Assembly (NCBI RefSeq): GCF_001194135.2
Contig: NC_068990.1
Span: 54,356,571-54,405,883, forward strand
Origin: Octopus bimaculoides
Lineage: Eukaryota
DNA: 49,313 nt
Direction of reading: 5' to 3'
Of this stretch, positions 11,597 to 24,504 are shown in pieces. Under the pieces are notes generated by a model. That model was not told the origin of the DNA, did no database searches, and saw only the letters and a program-made list of their open reading frames with translations. Made by a program: the position numbers and the translations under genes. Positions within the stretch are counted from its first letter, which is position 1. Every line of letters starts with the position of its first letter.

Positions 11597-12650
11597 CATC
11601 ATCATCATCATCATCATCGTTTAACGTCCGCTTTCCATGCTAGCATGGGTTGGACGATTTGACTGAGGACTGGTGAAACCGGATGGCAACACCAGGCTCC
11701 AGTCTGATTTGGCAGAGTTTCTACAGCTGGATGCCCTTCCTAACGCCAACCACTCAGAGAGTGTAGTGGGTGCTTTTACGTGTCACCCGCACGAAAACGG
11801 CCACGCTCGAAATGGTGTCTTTTATGTGNNNNNNNNNNNNNNNNNNNNNNNNNNNNNNNNNNNNNNNNNNNNNNNNNNNNNNNNNNNNNNNNNNNNNNNN
11901 NNNNNNNNNNNNNNNNNNNNNNNNNNNNNNNNNNNNNNNNNNNNNNNNNNNNNNNNNNNNNNNNNNNNNNNNNNNNNNNNNNNNNNNNNNNNNNNNNNNN
12001 NNNNNNNNNNNNNNNNNNNNNNNNNNNNNNNNNNNNNNNNNNNNNNNNNNNNNNNNNNNNNNNNNNNNNNNNNNNNNNNNNNNNNNNNNNNNNNNNNNNN
12101 NNNNNNNNNNNNNNNNNNNNNNNNNNNNNNNNNNNNNNNNNNNNNNNNNNNNNNNNNNNNNNNNNNNNNNNNNNNNNNNNNNNNNNNNNNNNNNNNNNNN
12201 NNNNNNNNNNNNNNNNNNNNNNNNNNNNNNNNNNNNNNNNNNNNNNNNNNNNNNNNNNNNNNNNNNNNNNNNNNNNNNNNNNNNNNNNNNNNNNNNNNNN
12301 NNNNNNNNNNNNNNNNNNNNNNNNNNNNNNNNNNNNNNNNNNNNNNNNNNNNNNNNNNNNNNNNNNNNNNNNNNNNNNNNNNNNNNNNNNNNNNNNNNNN
12401 NNNNNCCTTGCGAGCTTACGTATGTCCTCAGCAGTTACAGCCCATGTTTCACTGCCATGTAGCATGGTTGTTCGTACGCATGCGTCATACAGTCTGCCTT
12501 TTACTCTGAGTGAGAGTCCCTTTGTCGCCAGCAGGGGTAAGAGCTCTCTAAACTTTGCCCAGGCTATTCTTATTCTAGCAGCTACACTTTCAGCGCACCC
12601 ACCCCCACTACTAACTTGGTCGCCCAGATAGCGGAAGCTATCGACTACCT
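11597..12650 (-). mobile_element. Young 5'-truncated RTE copy spanning the 577-N gap (11829-12405)
   Basis: (ATC)n tail and 3' end at 11597-11828. RT C-terminal motifs (MLHGSETWAVTAEDIRKLAR; reverse complement of SFRYLGDQVSSGGGC) at 12406-12650. CpGs are retained. Gap size roughly equals the distance between the same landmarks in the copy at 25800-27665. Confidence 0.85.
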
Positions 12651-12664
12651 CTGGGGGTGCATAT

Positions 12665-12815
12665 GACAGGTTTCTTTCAGTTTCCGTCTACCAAATCCAC
12701 TCAAAAGGCTTTGGTCAGGCCGAGGCTATAGTAGAAGACTGCCCAATGTGCCATACAGGGGGATTGAACTCAGACCCATGTGGTTCGGAAGCAAGCTTCT
12801 TACCACACAACCACA
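12665..12815 (-). mobile_element. SINE head half
   Basis: tttctttcagtttccgtctaccaaatccactc...gcaagcttctaccacacaaccac. Confidence 0.85.
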
Positions 12816-14817
12816 ACTGTACCTAATATATTTAGCTTAACATTATATTTTCCTTTTATTTCTAATATTCTTAATTTGTATATTATATTTAAAATCTTTT
12901 TATCAATTATCTGAGGTTTGTCCAAGCCAGTATATTTGTGACTTATAGTACTTGATAGACTATATATAGTCTTTAGAAACAATTTTATTGACTGCCAATA
13001 TTTGCCTATCTGCCTCTATGTAGGTGTGTGAACAACTAAGACATACACATACACTTTATATTTGTAGTGGTTACTAAAATATTAATTAATTAATTACCTA
13101 TTATACATGGTTTTGCCTTGAATTTCTTTCATCTCTATGTCTGAATTACTTAATCAGTATTTTTGTTATTAACTCTTCCATTATTACTATTATTCAAGTT
13201 TTCTTCTGTGTTAAACGGTTTGTAACATTAATTATGTAAACAGGATGTTGAAGAACCACAAGACAAAATGCCTTGTTATATTTTGTTATGTTCATTAATG
13301 TTTCAAATTGAAATCCTGCTAGTCCTGACTTTGCTTTTCACTCTTCTGGGGTTGATAAATAAGTACTTCATGAAGTGTTAGATTAATTTGATTGGCATTT
13401 TTCTTTTACTGAAGTTTGTGGAAGGACTGAAAGGGTATCTATGTCTGCCCATGGAAGAATTTTTCTTACACCATAAAGTGGACTCTTCCACAGTACCAGT
13501 GATAGTATTAAACCAGTTAGCAGATCACAATTACAATCAGTGTTGGCCATGATGGGATTTGAACTCAGGATGCAAACAATCAGAACAAATGCTTCAAGGC
13601 ATCTAGTCTGACCTTCTTATAGTTCTGCCACTCTCAAATGATAGCTTCTTTTTTGATTTTTAACCCTTGGAAGGATGGAAGACAAAGTTGGCCTTAGGCT
13701 TCAGCAGGATTTGATCTCAGAGCATAGAGAATCAGAACAAAATACCACAAGACATTCTATCAAATGCAGATATAGCACGTTGTAATTATTGATTAATTGA
13801 ATCAAAGATATCAAAAATTAATGGCAGAATCAGTGGAGCACCAGACCAAATGCCTTGTAGTTTTTAGCTAGGTTCGATTTTTGCCTTCCATTCTTCCTAG
13901 TGTGATAAACAAAGTTCCAGACAAGTAGTAGGGGTTATGTAATTGAATGTGTGGCCTGATGCCAAGCCATTTTGCTGTGTGCGATGTTTAATTATTCATT
14001 TTAACCAGGTTTACATCCATTTTTCAGTATTGGTCTAGAAGGATGGGTTTTGTAAAGTTCACTCTTAAAATATGAATTATTGGGATAACGACAACAATTC
14101 TTTTTATAATAAAATAATAGAATTCAATAAAATAATGATGTTCTATGACAACACAAATTAATACCAATGTAAAATAATGGAATAAATATTATGAAGCAAG
14201 GAAAACAAATAATCTAATGTTTCAGACATATTAGGTGGGAGAAGTGAGAATGCAAAGCAAGACATGGGATGTCTTGTGTCATGGAGCATATGTTGCCTCA
14301 TGGATTATATCTTGCCTTTTGAAGTATATCTTGCTTTATGGAATTTATCATGCCTTGTGGACCATATTTTGACTTGCATTTATACTTCTACCTCATATGA
14401 CCTAGCCCTTATCACCTCCCTCCCTTTTTAACAGATCTGGATCCTAGTACAAACTTTACCACCCCTTCCTTACACTGTACTTCCTCCTACCTTTTTCTTC
14501 TGCCAAACACTTTACATTACTTCTTTATTTATTTTCTCATTACCAATTTTGAAATCTCAACAACAAAGAAAAGTAAATATCCAAACCATGAGACATTTCT
14601 TCCTTATGGCACAAAGTGGATTATTCCCCCAGTCGTATTCTGTTTACAGTTGAATGCTCTTTAACCTCCTAACTAATGAACCATGATAAATATTTCTGAA
14701 TTGACATACATCACAAATCACAATGGCTCTTACATTTGTTAATATTTTTAAATATCAAAATCTGGTGTCAAATTGAACCTGACTGTGTTTCAGCTCTTAA
14801 TATTTGAAAGTCTAAGG

Positions 14818-15030
14818 GTAGTGAGCTGACAGAATTGTTAGCACGCTGGGCAAAACACTTAGCGGTATTTCATCTATTTTCACATTCTGAGTTCAAATTC
14901 TGCCATGGTTGACTTTACCTTTCATCCTTTCAGGGTTGATAAATTGAGTACCAGTGAAACACTTGGGTTGATGTAATTCACTAGTTCCCTCCCCACAAAA
15001 TTTCAGGCCTTGTGTCTTCTTTAGTAGAAA
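14818..15030 (+). mobile_element. tRNA-derived SINE (Meta-like domain)
   Basis: ggtagtgagctgacagaattgttagcacgctgggc...gagttcaaattctgcc...ctttacctttcatcctttcagggttgataaattgagtaccagtg. The domain name is from memory, not verified. Confidence 0.75.
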
Positions 15031-15416
15031 GGAATATTAAAAAGTCTAAACAAAAAACAACTCCTATATAGAAATACGTATATTTTATTTATTTATTTAT
15101 TGCTACTGTTGACAATCTCGCTTCTGATGCAGGTTTTTGTAAGAAATTTACATTGAATGAGACCTTTTTTTGGATTGTTCTATCAATTCTAAATACCAAA
15201 AGAAGACAAACTAATTTGACCATTTTGTATCTAATCACTGTGTCACACCTGGTTAGTACACTCAAACACACACACGCATGTATATGCAAGCTGTGTCTAT
15301 GGTGTTTGCATTTACTGGCTGTTTCCTCTAGTCAATATATGTAGACTATATTTTCTCAATATCCATTATGTTCATTCTACACTCTCTCTCTCTTTCTATA
15401 TATATATATATATACA

Positions 15417-17090
15417 CAGATGTCTGTGTGAGCACAGAGGATCTCCTCAGTAAAATCAGTGCTTTCAACCACTCCAACAACTTCACAGGTTGTGTAATGG
15501 GTAGTATGGATGTGATTTCACTCTACCCATCTACAGACATAGATTTTGGTGTGGAGAAATGCATTGAGATAATCTGTGAGAGTGAAGTCGAGTTCCGTGA
15601 AGTCAACACAAGGGAACTGAGCCTCCTCCTTAGACTGAGCTATGACAGTGACTATTCAGACAACCATGACCTCAGTAGATTCTGCCACACCGGGTCACAG
15701 AGGGGAAGACCACCCACCATCACCTCAGCAGTGAAGAAAAACACCGCAGAGCACTGGAGTGGCTAGATCATACCCACATAAAACCCTGAGAACAACAATC
15801 AGGTAAAAGGAATGATTGCACATGCAATAGGTGCTAGCGTAAGAACCACCTTGAAAAACCACATAGTAAAGTTTAACAAGAAGCCATACATGCAGATTCA
15901 AGGTGCAGCCATTGGTGTTGGTGTAGGTGGAGATGCAGCCAGCCTCTTCATGACCTGGTGGAACAGAAAACTTAAGCAATCCTTAGTAGAACAGTTCACA
16001 ACTCTTTTACTTTACAGTAGGTATATAGATGACATTATTATCCTAGTTAAGACCAACTCTAGTAATGCTAATGTAGAAACCGAGAGGAACATAATGGAGA
16101 GCATCCAACAAGTAGCTAACTCCATCCACCAAAGTATCAAAGTAACTGTAGATTACCCCATTAGGCACCCCAACAATAGACTCCCCATCCTTGATACTGA
16201 ACTTTGGTTTGAGATTGTGAACAACAGAGTGCAGCTCCTCTACTCCTATTACATGAAACCCATAGCTTCGAAATATGTTCACAAGACCTCAGCTTTGTCA
16301 CACAACATGAAAATTAGCATACTGATAGCAGACTTAGTTAGGATAATGAACAATGTGTCCCTACTATGCAAACCCTATGAAACGAAGAAACATGTACAGA
16401 ACTTCATGCACCGCATGCAATTCTCTGGATATGATCAGAAAGATAGGGTACGAGTATACAGGGGTGCTAGAAAGAAGTTAGATAACATTATATGTAATGA
16501 AATCAGTGATACCTGCCCTAGATATAGAAGTAAAGACTAGAATAGGATACAAAGAGTTTGTGACAAAGCAAATGGTGTACATGTGTTACTTACAAGACCG
16601 AAAAATATCAAGGAGTGATGTTTGCAGAGGCCACAACCCATGGAGAACTAGCCCCAAAATTTAGGAAAGCTCTGAAGGAGACCAAACTCAACATTAGGAT
16701 TCTTGAAAAGCCAGGGAACTTCATCAGATCACAACTATGTAGGACATACACCCCTGAGAATACTATATGCATCAATGATAACTGCATGGTATGTAGGATT
16801 AACCCTGGCATTAACTGTAGAACTAGGAATGTAGTCTACAGCATAAGATGCATAGGTGTTTGTAAAGACATGAACATGACATACATAGAGGAAACATCTA
16901 GGAGCATTGCGGAAAGACTAAATGAACATTTGAGACAATATGACGACAAAAAACAGTCCTCCATTCTCTGCCAACATAGAGGTAACCTGGGTCAACTTGA
17001 CATCTGCATTTTATCCAAGCACCCAAAGACCCAACACTCAGATAAATACAGGAGTATGTCCTCCATACCCCCATACCAACAGTTTATATT
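15417..17090 (+). mobile_element. Penelope-like retroelement remnant (RT plus GIY-YIG endonuclease), disrupted
   Basis: Consecutive ORFs: GSMDVISLYPS; QIQGAAIGVGVGGDAASLFMTWW; YSRYIDDI; LPILDTEL; YYMKP; then CINDNCMVC...CRTRNVVYSIRC..TYIEETSRSIAERLNEH (GIY-YIG-like). Two in-frame stops at 15764-15781 and a frameshift near 16540-16615. Confidence 0.92.
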
Positions 17091-17124
17091 TATATACAGG
17101 TAGCATAGTTAGTGGACTGTTATG

Positions 17125-17550
17125 TAGATGTATGTGTGTGAGTGAGTGTGTGTGTATATGTATATGTACATGCATGTAGGCAAATGGATATGAATGTAAA
17201 CAGATAGGTATACAGATGGATAGGTACATAGGTAATATGAAAAGACAAGCACACATACACACACACACACACATATGCAAAGACTGAAACACATGACCAT
17301 ATACACACACACTTCACACAAGGACACACACATCCATACATACAGACACAGTACAAAAACCCATACACACAGACACACTCAGACATGCATACATGAGACA
17401 GAGGTACACACATGAATATGAAGAATATATACATACAAACATACATACATGTGCACACACACATATACATGCATACACACACTTGCATGCATACATACAT
17501 ACATCTGTATGTGCACACACACTGACCCACACACATGCGCACAAACAAAC
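17125..17550. repeat. Compound (CA)/(TG)/(CATA) microsatellite
   Basis: Directly visible; explains the C/V/M-rich ORFs. Confidence 0.9.
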
Positions 17551-17758
17551 AAAAAGAACGCAGCTTGGATAATGGACAGAGTCAATAACTATTGAAAAAG
17601 TTGCCAGACACAACGAAAAATAATTAAGTAAATGAGTAGAAACTTTACTGGTGAGTGTTAAATAAGAAGGCACTAAAAGAGAATGACTCTTCCCAGACAC
17701 AACAAAATATGCTTTAACACAAACTCACATAAATAATCTTGCAAACCAAATCCCAAAA

Positions 17759-17801
<43 letters not shown>

Positions 17802-17943
17802 GTATGTATGTGTGTGTGTGTGATTATTATCATTTTAACATCAATACTTTGCATGCTTGCATGGGTCACTTGGAATTCACTGAAGCAGATTTTATTAAAG
17901 TTTATTAAATGATGATAATCTTGTGTACAGCTTCTTAAGGAGA

Positions 17944-18135
17944 TTTTGCTGTTTAGCCCCAGTTCAGTCTTGATCCAGCAGGTCTATTGTCAAAGATACC
18001 TTTTCTCAAACATAGTGTTTCTATGAGGACACTATCCAATGTGTCCTTGTGCTTTTAAAAAGCTAAGGTGTGGTTTGAGGAAGATTTGGCTGTTGTTTCT
18101 AGCTAGTTAGATGACTATGTAGCAGCTTCTTTGTT
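17944..18135 (+). repeat. Unclassified interspersed repeat (other diverged copies near 21370-21450, 25265-25350, 46140-46290)
   Basis: Shared motif ...ggtgtggtttgaggaagatttggctgttgtttctagc... recurs in degenerate form. Confidence 0.55.
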
Positions 18136-19879
18136 GGCTTGCTCATTAACTAATTAATTAAACAAGAGGACAAATTATAACATCTTTAGCTGCTAGCTAT
18201 AATTCAACCCAAATTTTTATTTTCTCACAATGAGACACCCCTTCTCTGTATCCCATCACTGTTTCATGAGTTAACATATAAAGACATTTTCCTGATAAAT
18301 TACAGCAGGTTTATTTAATGGATTAAGAAAGATTAATACTTTGTATATTAATAGTTTTTGTCTTTCCATTCAACGTCAATATTGTCTAAATGTTTTGCCA
18401 AAGAAAACATTTAGAAACACTTGGCCAGTTAGTAATACACGAGACAAAGAAGTTGAGATGGAATGGAAAATAAATATGAAGAGAAGTTGGTTGTTTGGAC
18501 CAGTGATAGCCAGCCAGTAATATAACTAACACCAGATGACTGAAAGCAGCATTGGGATATAATTGATGTAATTTGAGGCAAAGCAAAATATTTCCAACAA
18601 CAATTCTTCTGCTTAAAATTAGAGAAGGAAATTCCCAAAATTATAATTATAATTCCACAATTTAACTGACAATTTGTTAGTTTATGGATAAATAAGTGGA
18701 AAATGTTAAATATTCATACAGTGTGTTCATACAACAGAAACAAAGTGTGGAATCTTTTGAAAGGGATTCATTTTTCATATTTCCACTTCAGTAATTAGAA
18801 TCAAAATAATCTTTATCAATTAAACTAAAATTCTATTATTCTTCAAAACATTTGGCAATAAAGTATTTCAAAGTCAATAAATCTGGGCTTCTTCAGGGCA
18901 TGTGTAGAGAGCTTCAAGACCATCTTCATGGTACATACATCAAGATTCTCATGAAAGCTCAAAACATCTCATGACACGAGAGCAAGAGACAAAAGAGAAG
19001 ATTTATGGACATATTCCAATCATCTCCAGTATTATTGCTCAATTCAGAGTTGGCTTTACTGGCCACTGCTATTATGCTGTATTTGATGCTTATACCTTAA
19101 TAGCAGTGGAAGACTAATCAGCTGCAATGATGTTATTAGCAGAGACATAAGACATGAAATTGTAGACTGAAGAGAGTTAATGAGGGACAGGGGTTTCTAG
19201 TATGGTGGGTGAAATGCATCTCAGTTGTGAAGAAGAAGAAGAAGAAGAAGAAAGAGGAGTGGAGGAGGAGGAGATAATGGTCAATATAGTTTTAGATACA
19301 TCAAAAAGACAGGATAGCAATGGCTAGAGTAACTGATCAGGAATCTACTTGATTAAAAATAACCTGTGGCTCAACTGCAGCAGCAGCAACATCAACAGCC
19401 TCTAGTCCTTTGAACTTATAATCTCCATATCTACTCCCTACCCCAGACTCATCTGATTAGTCCATCTCTTTCCCTTTCTTTGTCATCTTTATTGTTCTTA
19501 TTCTCCAATACTCTTGATTCAGCACTTTACTCAATGGTTCATTCACAGAATTGTAATTTTCAGCATTTCCCATTCTGCCAATGTTTCCTTCAACACATCA
19601 AACTGTAAAAGTGCAAACAGGCCATCAACCCCATCATTCCCACCAATAAAAGTGAGTGTTATGGGCCTTTCCCCCTCCTTAAGACCTAAGTAATAAGAAA
19701 CAAACCAAATCTCTAAATGTTTCCCCAATGGTGGTATTTAATTAGAAACTCAAGAATTGAACACAAGTCATCAAGTTGATTACATAGAAAGCTGGAATAG
19801 CCATGTCACTGGGTTAATACTTATAACATATAATGACAAAGCTAGTTGTGACATATTGTTTATATATATCCTTTACCTT

Positions 19880-20272
19880 TTACTTGTTTCAGGCACTAGA
19901 CTGTGGCCATACTGGGGCACCAACTGGAAGGATTTTTAGCCAAACGTATTGACCCCCAGTACATATTTTTTAAAGCCTGGTACTCATCGGTCTCTTTTGC
20001 CAAACTGCTAAGCTACAGGGATGTAAACACACCAGCACCAGTTGTTAAGCGGTGGAGGGACAGAGACTCATACACATATGTAGATGTATGTATATATGTA
20101 CATATATACAACAGGCTTCTTTCAGTTTCTGTCTATTAGATCTACTCACAAGTCTTTGGTCAGCCCAGGGCTATAGCAGAAGACACTTGCCCAAGGTGCC
20201 ACGCAGGGGAACTGAACCAAGAACTATGTAGTTGAGAAGGAAGCTTCTCACCACACAGCCATACCTGCACCT
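19880..20272 (-). mobile_element. Full-length composite SINE, copy 1 of a tandem pair
   Basis: Tail 19880-20075, (TA/TG) spacer, head 20113-20272. Confidence 0.85.
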
Positions 20273-20289
20273 ATATATATATATATATA

Positions 20290-20690
20290 TATCTTTTACT
20301 TGACTAAGTCATTAAACTGCAGCCACACTGGGGCACTGCTTCGAGGAATATATTTTATCAAATGAATCTATCCCAATGCTTATTTTTTTTTAAAGCCTGG
20401 TACTTATTGTATTGATCACTTTTGTTAAACCACTAAATTATGAGGATGTAAGCACACCAACACCAGTTGCCAAGTGGTTGTTGGGGACAAACTCAGCCAC
20501 AATGACACACACACACATGTATGTATGTACAATGAGCTTCTTTCAGTTTCTAGCTACCAAATCCACTCACAAGGATTTGGATGGCCAGAAGGTATGATAG
20601 AAGGCACTTGCCCAAGGTTTCACACAGTGGAACTGAACCTGGAACCATGAGGATGGAAAGGAAGCTTCTTACCACACAGCAACATATAGC
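20290..20690 (-). mobile_element. Full-length composite SINE, copy 2 of a tandem pair
   Basis: Tail 20290-20515, spacer, head 20535-20690. Clearly diverged from copy 1. Confidence 0.85.
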
Positions 20691-21824
20691 TAGTGTTCAT
20701 TGGTTTTAATGGCACCCACCCACCAAATAAAGTTTCAGGAACATTAGCTTTGCTTGTTTTTCCTTTATTGTTTTTGTAAGAACTTCTAAAAGAAGGTGTT
20801 ACCATGTTACCATTCCAATGATGATGGAATGGAAGCAGGATTTGTATCCTTGGCTGTTGTGGGTTAGATAAATAAGCAAGACAAAAATCATCATTGTAGT
20901 TTGGCTCATGATACAGTAGTATGATAGCATAGATATTAACAGTAGATATATAACACACACTTGTTTATATGGTATGTAATGTATATCTGTCTGTCTGTCT
21001 GTCTGTATATGTACATAGATGCAAGAAAGAAGGAGAAAGAGAGACAGAAAGAATGTATATTAGCTGGAATTGCAGCACAGCTAGTTTTATTTATTTTTAT
21101 TTTGATCAGATGTTGTTGCCAAGTTATATCTGATTTATGCAGTTTTTCAATTTGGCCGACATTTAGTGATTAAAACATCTCTTTCTCCTGTGAATACAAA
21201 TGCCAGACTGTTGCAACAGTTTTAGTGCAATCCCCTCACTACAAACTAAAAAAAACATATTTTCCAGTCACAAAGTCCTCCTCCTCCTGTTGTTGTTGTT
21301 TAACTCCAACCAAGTAGCTTCAACTTTGATCATCCCATCTTTTTGTATATATACAGTTCAATGTTCTCTTCTTTACTGAAGATGGTGAGGCACACTTTGA
21401 AGAAACTTTAGCTATTATTCCTATCAGGTTGAGTTTCTGCCTCATGGTTTCCATGTTAGTGTGTTGATGGGTACATTTGTTAGGAACACAGTATGACATA
21501 AGAGATAAGACAGATCATTGACCATTTTATCTGGCATGCCACTATCATAATGTTGAAATGGTTTCACACAAAACTGCGTAGCAAAATAGTGGTAAACACC
21601 GAATTTGCTGCAAAAATGTTCTGACTTGTCATTGATGATATTTGTTTACATTTTTGACGTTTGTGAAGAAATATTTGTAGAAAGAAAGACCTCATGATAT
21701 CAGGTGGTCAATTTGTCTTATCAGGAAAAACAAGAAGATACCAACAAATTTAAGCTTTGGAAAGGATTGTATTTATTTCATTTAACACTTGTCAGTCCTA
21801 TAATTATATATGATTTTAATACTT

Positions 21825-22190
21825 GGGTGTGGCTGTGTAGTTAAGAAGCTTGCTTCCCAACCACATAGTCTTGGGTCCAGTCCCACTGTGTGATGTACTG
21901 GACAAGTGCATTCTATTATAGCCTCAGGCTTGTTATACATATATATATACACATACATGTGTGTATTTGTGTTTACCCTTGCCTAGACATCACATGATGG
22001 TTAAAAATGAGCATCACTGTCATAGAAGCAATGTTGCTTCCAGTCTTGTACAAAAAAACATGTCAGACTATGGGAAAATATTATCTTACTTAGAAACAAG
22101 TGAGAGTTAGTGGCAGGAAGGACATTTGGCCATAGAAAATTTGCCTCAAGTTCCAGCTGGCCCATGAAAGCATGGAAAGTGGACATTAAA
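21825..22190 (+). mobile_element. SINE with the same head but an RTE-like 3' tail
   Basis: Head gggtgtggctgtgtagttaagaagcttgcttccc..., spacer, then ...ggcaggaaggacatttggcc...catgaaagcatggaaagtggacattaaa, matching the RTE 3' end. A similar element lies at 44093-44850. Confidence 0.7.
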
Positions 22191-22320
22191 TCCACTCACA
22201 AGGCTTTGGTCAGCTTGAGGCTATAGTAGAAGACACTAGCTCAAGGTGACACGCAGTGGGACTGTACCTGAAAGCAAGTTGTTGGGAAGCAAGCTTCTTA
22301 CCACACAGCCTTGCCTGCAT
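22190..22320 (-). mobile_element. SINE head, inverted relative to 21825
   Basis: tccactcacaaggctttggtcagc...caagcttcttaccacacagcc. Confidence 0.8.
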
Positions 22321-23059
22321 CTAATACTCATTCAATTTAAATATCTGCTTGTTTGTCGTATTTGAAACTGTTGTACTGCAATCACTGTTTGCTAGAAAGG
22401 ATTACAAAGTTCTTTCCAATTTGAAACTCTGACATCACTCATGCTATTACAATACAACTTAAACACTCCCCGACACTAGGCTTGCTCCAGTATTAGAAAT
22501 TTTCCATAAAAGATCTTTTAAAAATTTCAAACATAATTTCACACAAACACATTGCTGTTCCGAATCCTTCATTGCTCAACTTGTAGCTGACTGACATGGT
22601 GTGTTGTGGCTATTATTAAACTGATCACCAAGGTCATTCATATACAGCAGCCATGGCTGTTGTGACCATGCTGCATTATCTGGCTGGCACACTGGTTATT
22701 GTTTAGGGAGCAGAACTTGCATTCTATAAAAATTCTGATGAGTTTTTCTTTTTTTTTCAAGGAATAATTACTAGACTTATGAATATTTCTCAATGAGTGA
22801 ATTATTAAAAGTTGATGAAACAATCGAAGTAGGCCTAGCTTTTTGGTTAAGAAGTTTGCTTTGTAATTGTGAGGTATTGAGATTAATTCCATTCTGTGGA
22901 ATTTTAGACAAATGTTTTCTGCTGTAACTCATGTTGGCCAATGTCTTGTGAATGGAATTTGAGGTAGGCAGAAAAATTGTATGGAAACCTTGTTGTGTGT
23001 ATGAATATATATATATATTTATAATGGTATCAACCAGATTATTGGATTTTGTTATATAT

Positions 23060-23300
23060 CACTGGTCACAATGCACTTCTCATTTAGTTTTCTAATGATG
23101 CCAGCCACAGTGAGTAGGCCAACATCTCTCTGATCAGAAGGCCATTCCAGTACAGGGTTATCCATTTACAGTTGAATGGACTGGAGCAACATGAAATGGA
23201 ATGTTTTGCTCAAGAACACAATGCGCTGCCTGGTCTGGGAATCAAACCCACAATCTTGTGAACTTAAGTGCAACATCCTAACTACTAGGCCATACACCTT
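23060..23300 (-). mobile_element. tRNA-derived SINE (third head type)
   Basis: Reverse complement aggtgtatggcctagtagttaggatgttgcac...gtttgattcccagacc (A/B-box-like)...tgtgttcttgagcaaaac. Confidence 0.65.
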
Positions 23301-24504
23301 GATTTTACATAAGTATTTTGATACTAATAACCAGTTGTTAGAACTCAGTATACAAATTCTTTAGAATAAAACATTAGGCAAGTACAAAACATAATACTAA
23401 TTAATAATTGACTAGAGAACAACAGTTACATTATCATGTTCACAAGCTTACAGCTGTTTCTTCTATGAGTAGTATACTCAGAGCTTTATTTTAAACAAAT
23501 CCCTGAACCCTAAAATTACCAGGAGACTATATCTGACAAGTGTTTTGGTATGATTTTTCCTCTTCGGTGACAAATACATATACACACAGACATGGCTTTA
23601 TTCAGCCCAGTTCAACAGAAGACATGTCCAAGGTGTTGCCCAGCCAAAGTGAAACACACACACATGTATCTCTCTCTCTTTCCCTCTATATATGTGTGTT
23701 ACATGTCCAATACCAGTGACATGTAAAAGGTACCTGTGCTGGTAACACATAAAAGGCACCTAGTACACTCTGTGGTGTAGTTGGCTATAAGAAGGGCATC
23801 TAGCTGTGGAAACGAAGCCAAAACAGACTGGAGCCTGGTGCTGCTCTCTGGCTTACCAGCTCCTAGTCAAACGATCTTACCCATTCTAGCATGGAAAACG
23901 GACACTAAATGATGATGATGTTATACATAGCCATAAGTTGCATAGGTGTTAAATAAATCAGCAGTTCAAACTTTGTAATCAATTATAAAAAAATAATATT
24001 GAATTTTATAACTCCTATGTAACTTACGGCTCATCCTGTGAATATATATGTATGTATGAGTGTGCATGTGTAAAATAGTATATTGAGGCATGTCCATATG
24101 CATCAAAGAGTAAACATTGATTTAAGAGGGAGAGGGAGATCAATAAAGTACTAAGGTCAATTAGATGAACTTAAATCCATGAAGACAGCCATAATTGCTT
24201 CAGTCCAATGACCAGAACCAGTAATAGATTATAGAATAATGAATTAAGCTTTTAAATTCTTCCTTTTAGGAATCATCATCATCATTTAATGTCCATTGTC
24301 CATGCTGGCATGGGTTCAGTAATGGTTCAAGTAGTGAAAAATGGTAAATTCTCTTTGCTCTATTTTAGTAACAATTAAATAAACTATCAAAGTTCATTCA
24401 ATCAAACTGATTGTATATCGATATATAGATTAGAGAAAACATAATTAGTGTCACAGTTGCTCGAAATAAATTTAGTTTTCGTTGCACATTATATACATAG
24501 TTGT

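Noticed and set aside
11673-12631. Long ORFs of 229-283 aa, and similar ORFs at 3713-5191 and 47960-49167
   Set aside because: Their length comes from N-runs translated as X. Real residues belong to TE fragments or microsatellites.
23200-23300. tRNA-like A/B box sequences here and at other SINE heads
   Set aside because: No complete cloverleaf, and they continue into SINE body sequence, so they are SINE heads rather than tRNA genes.
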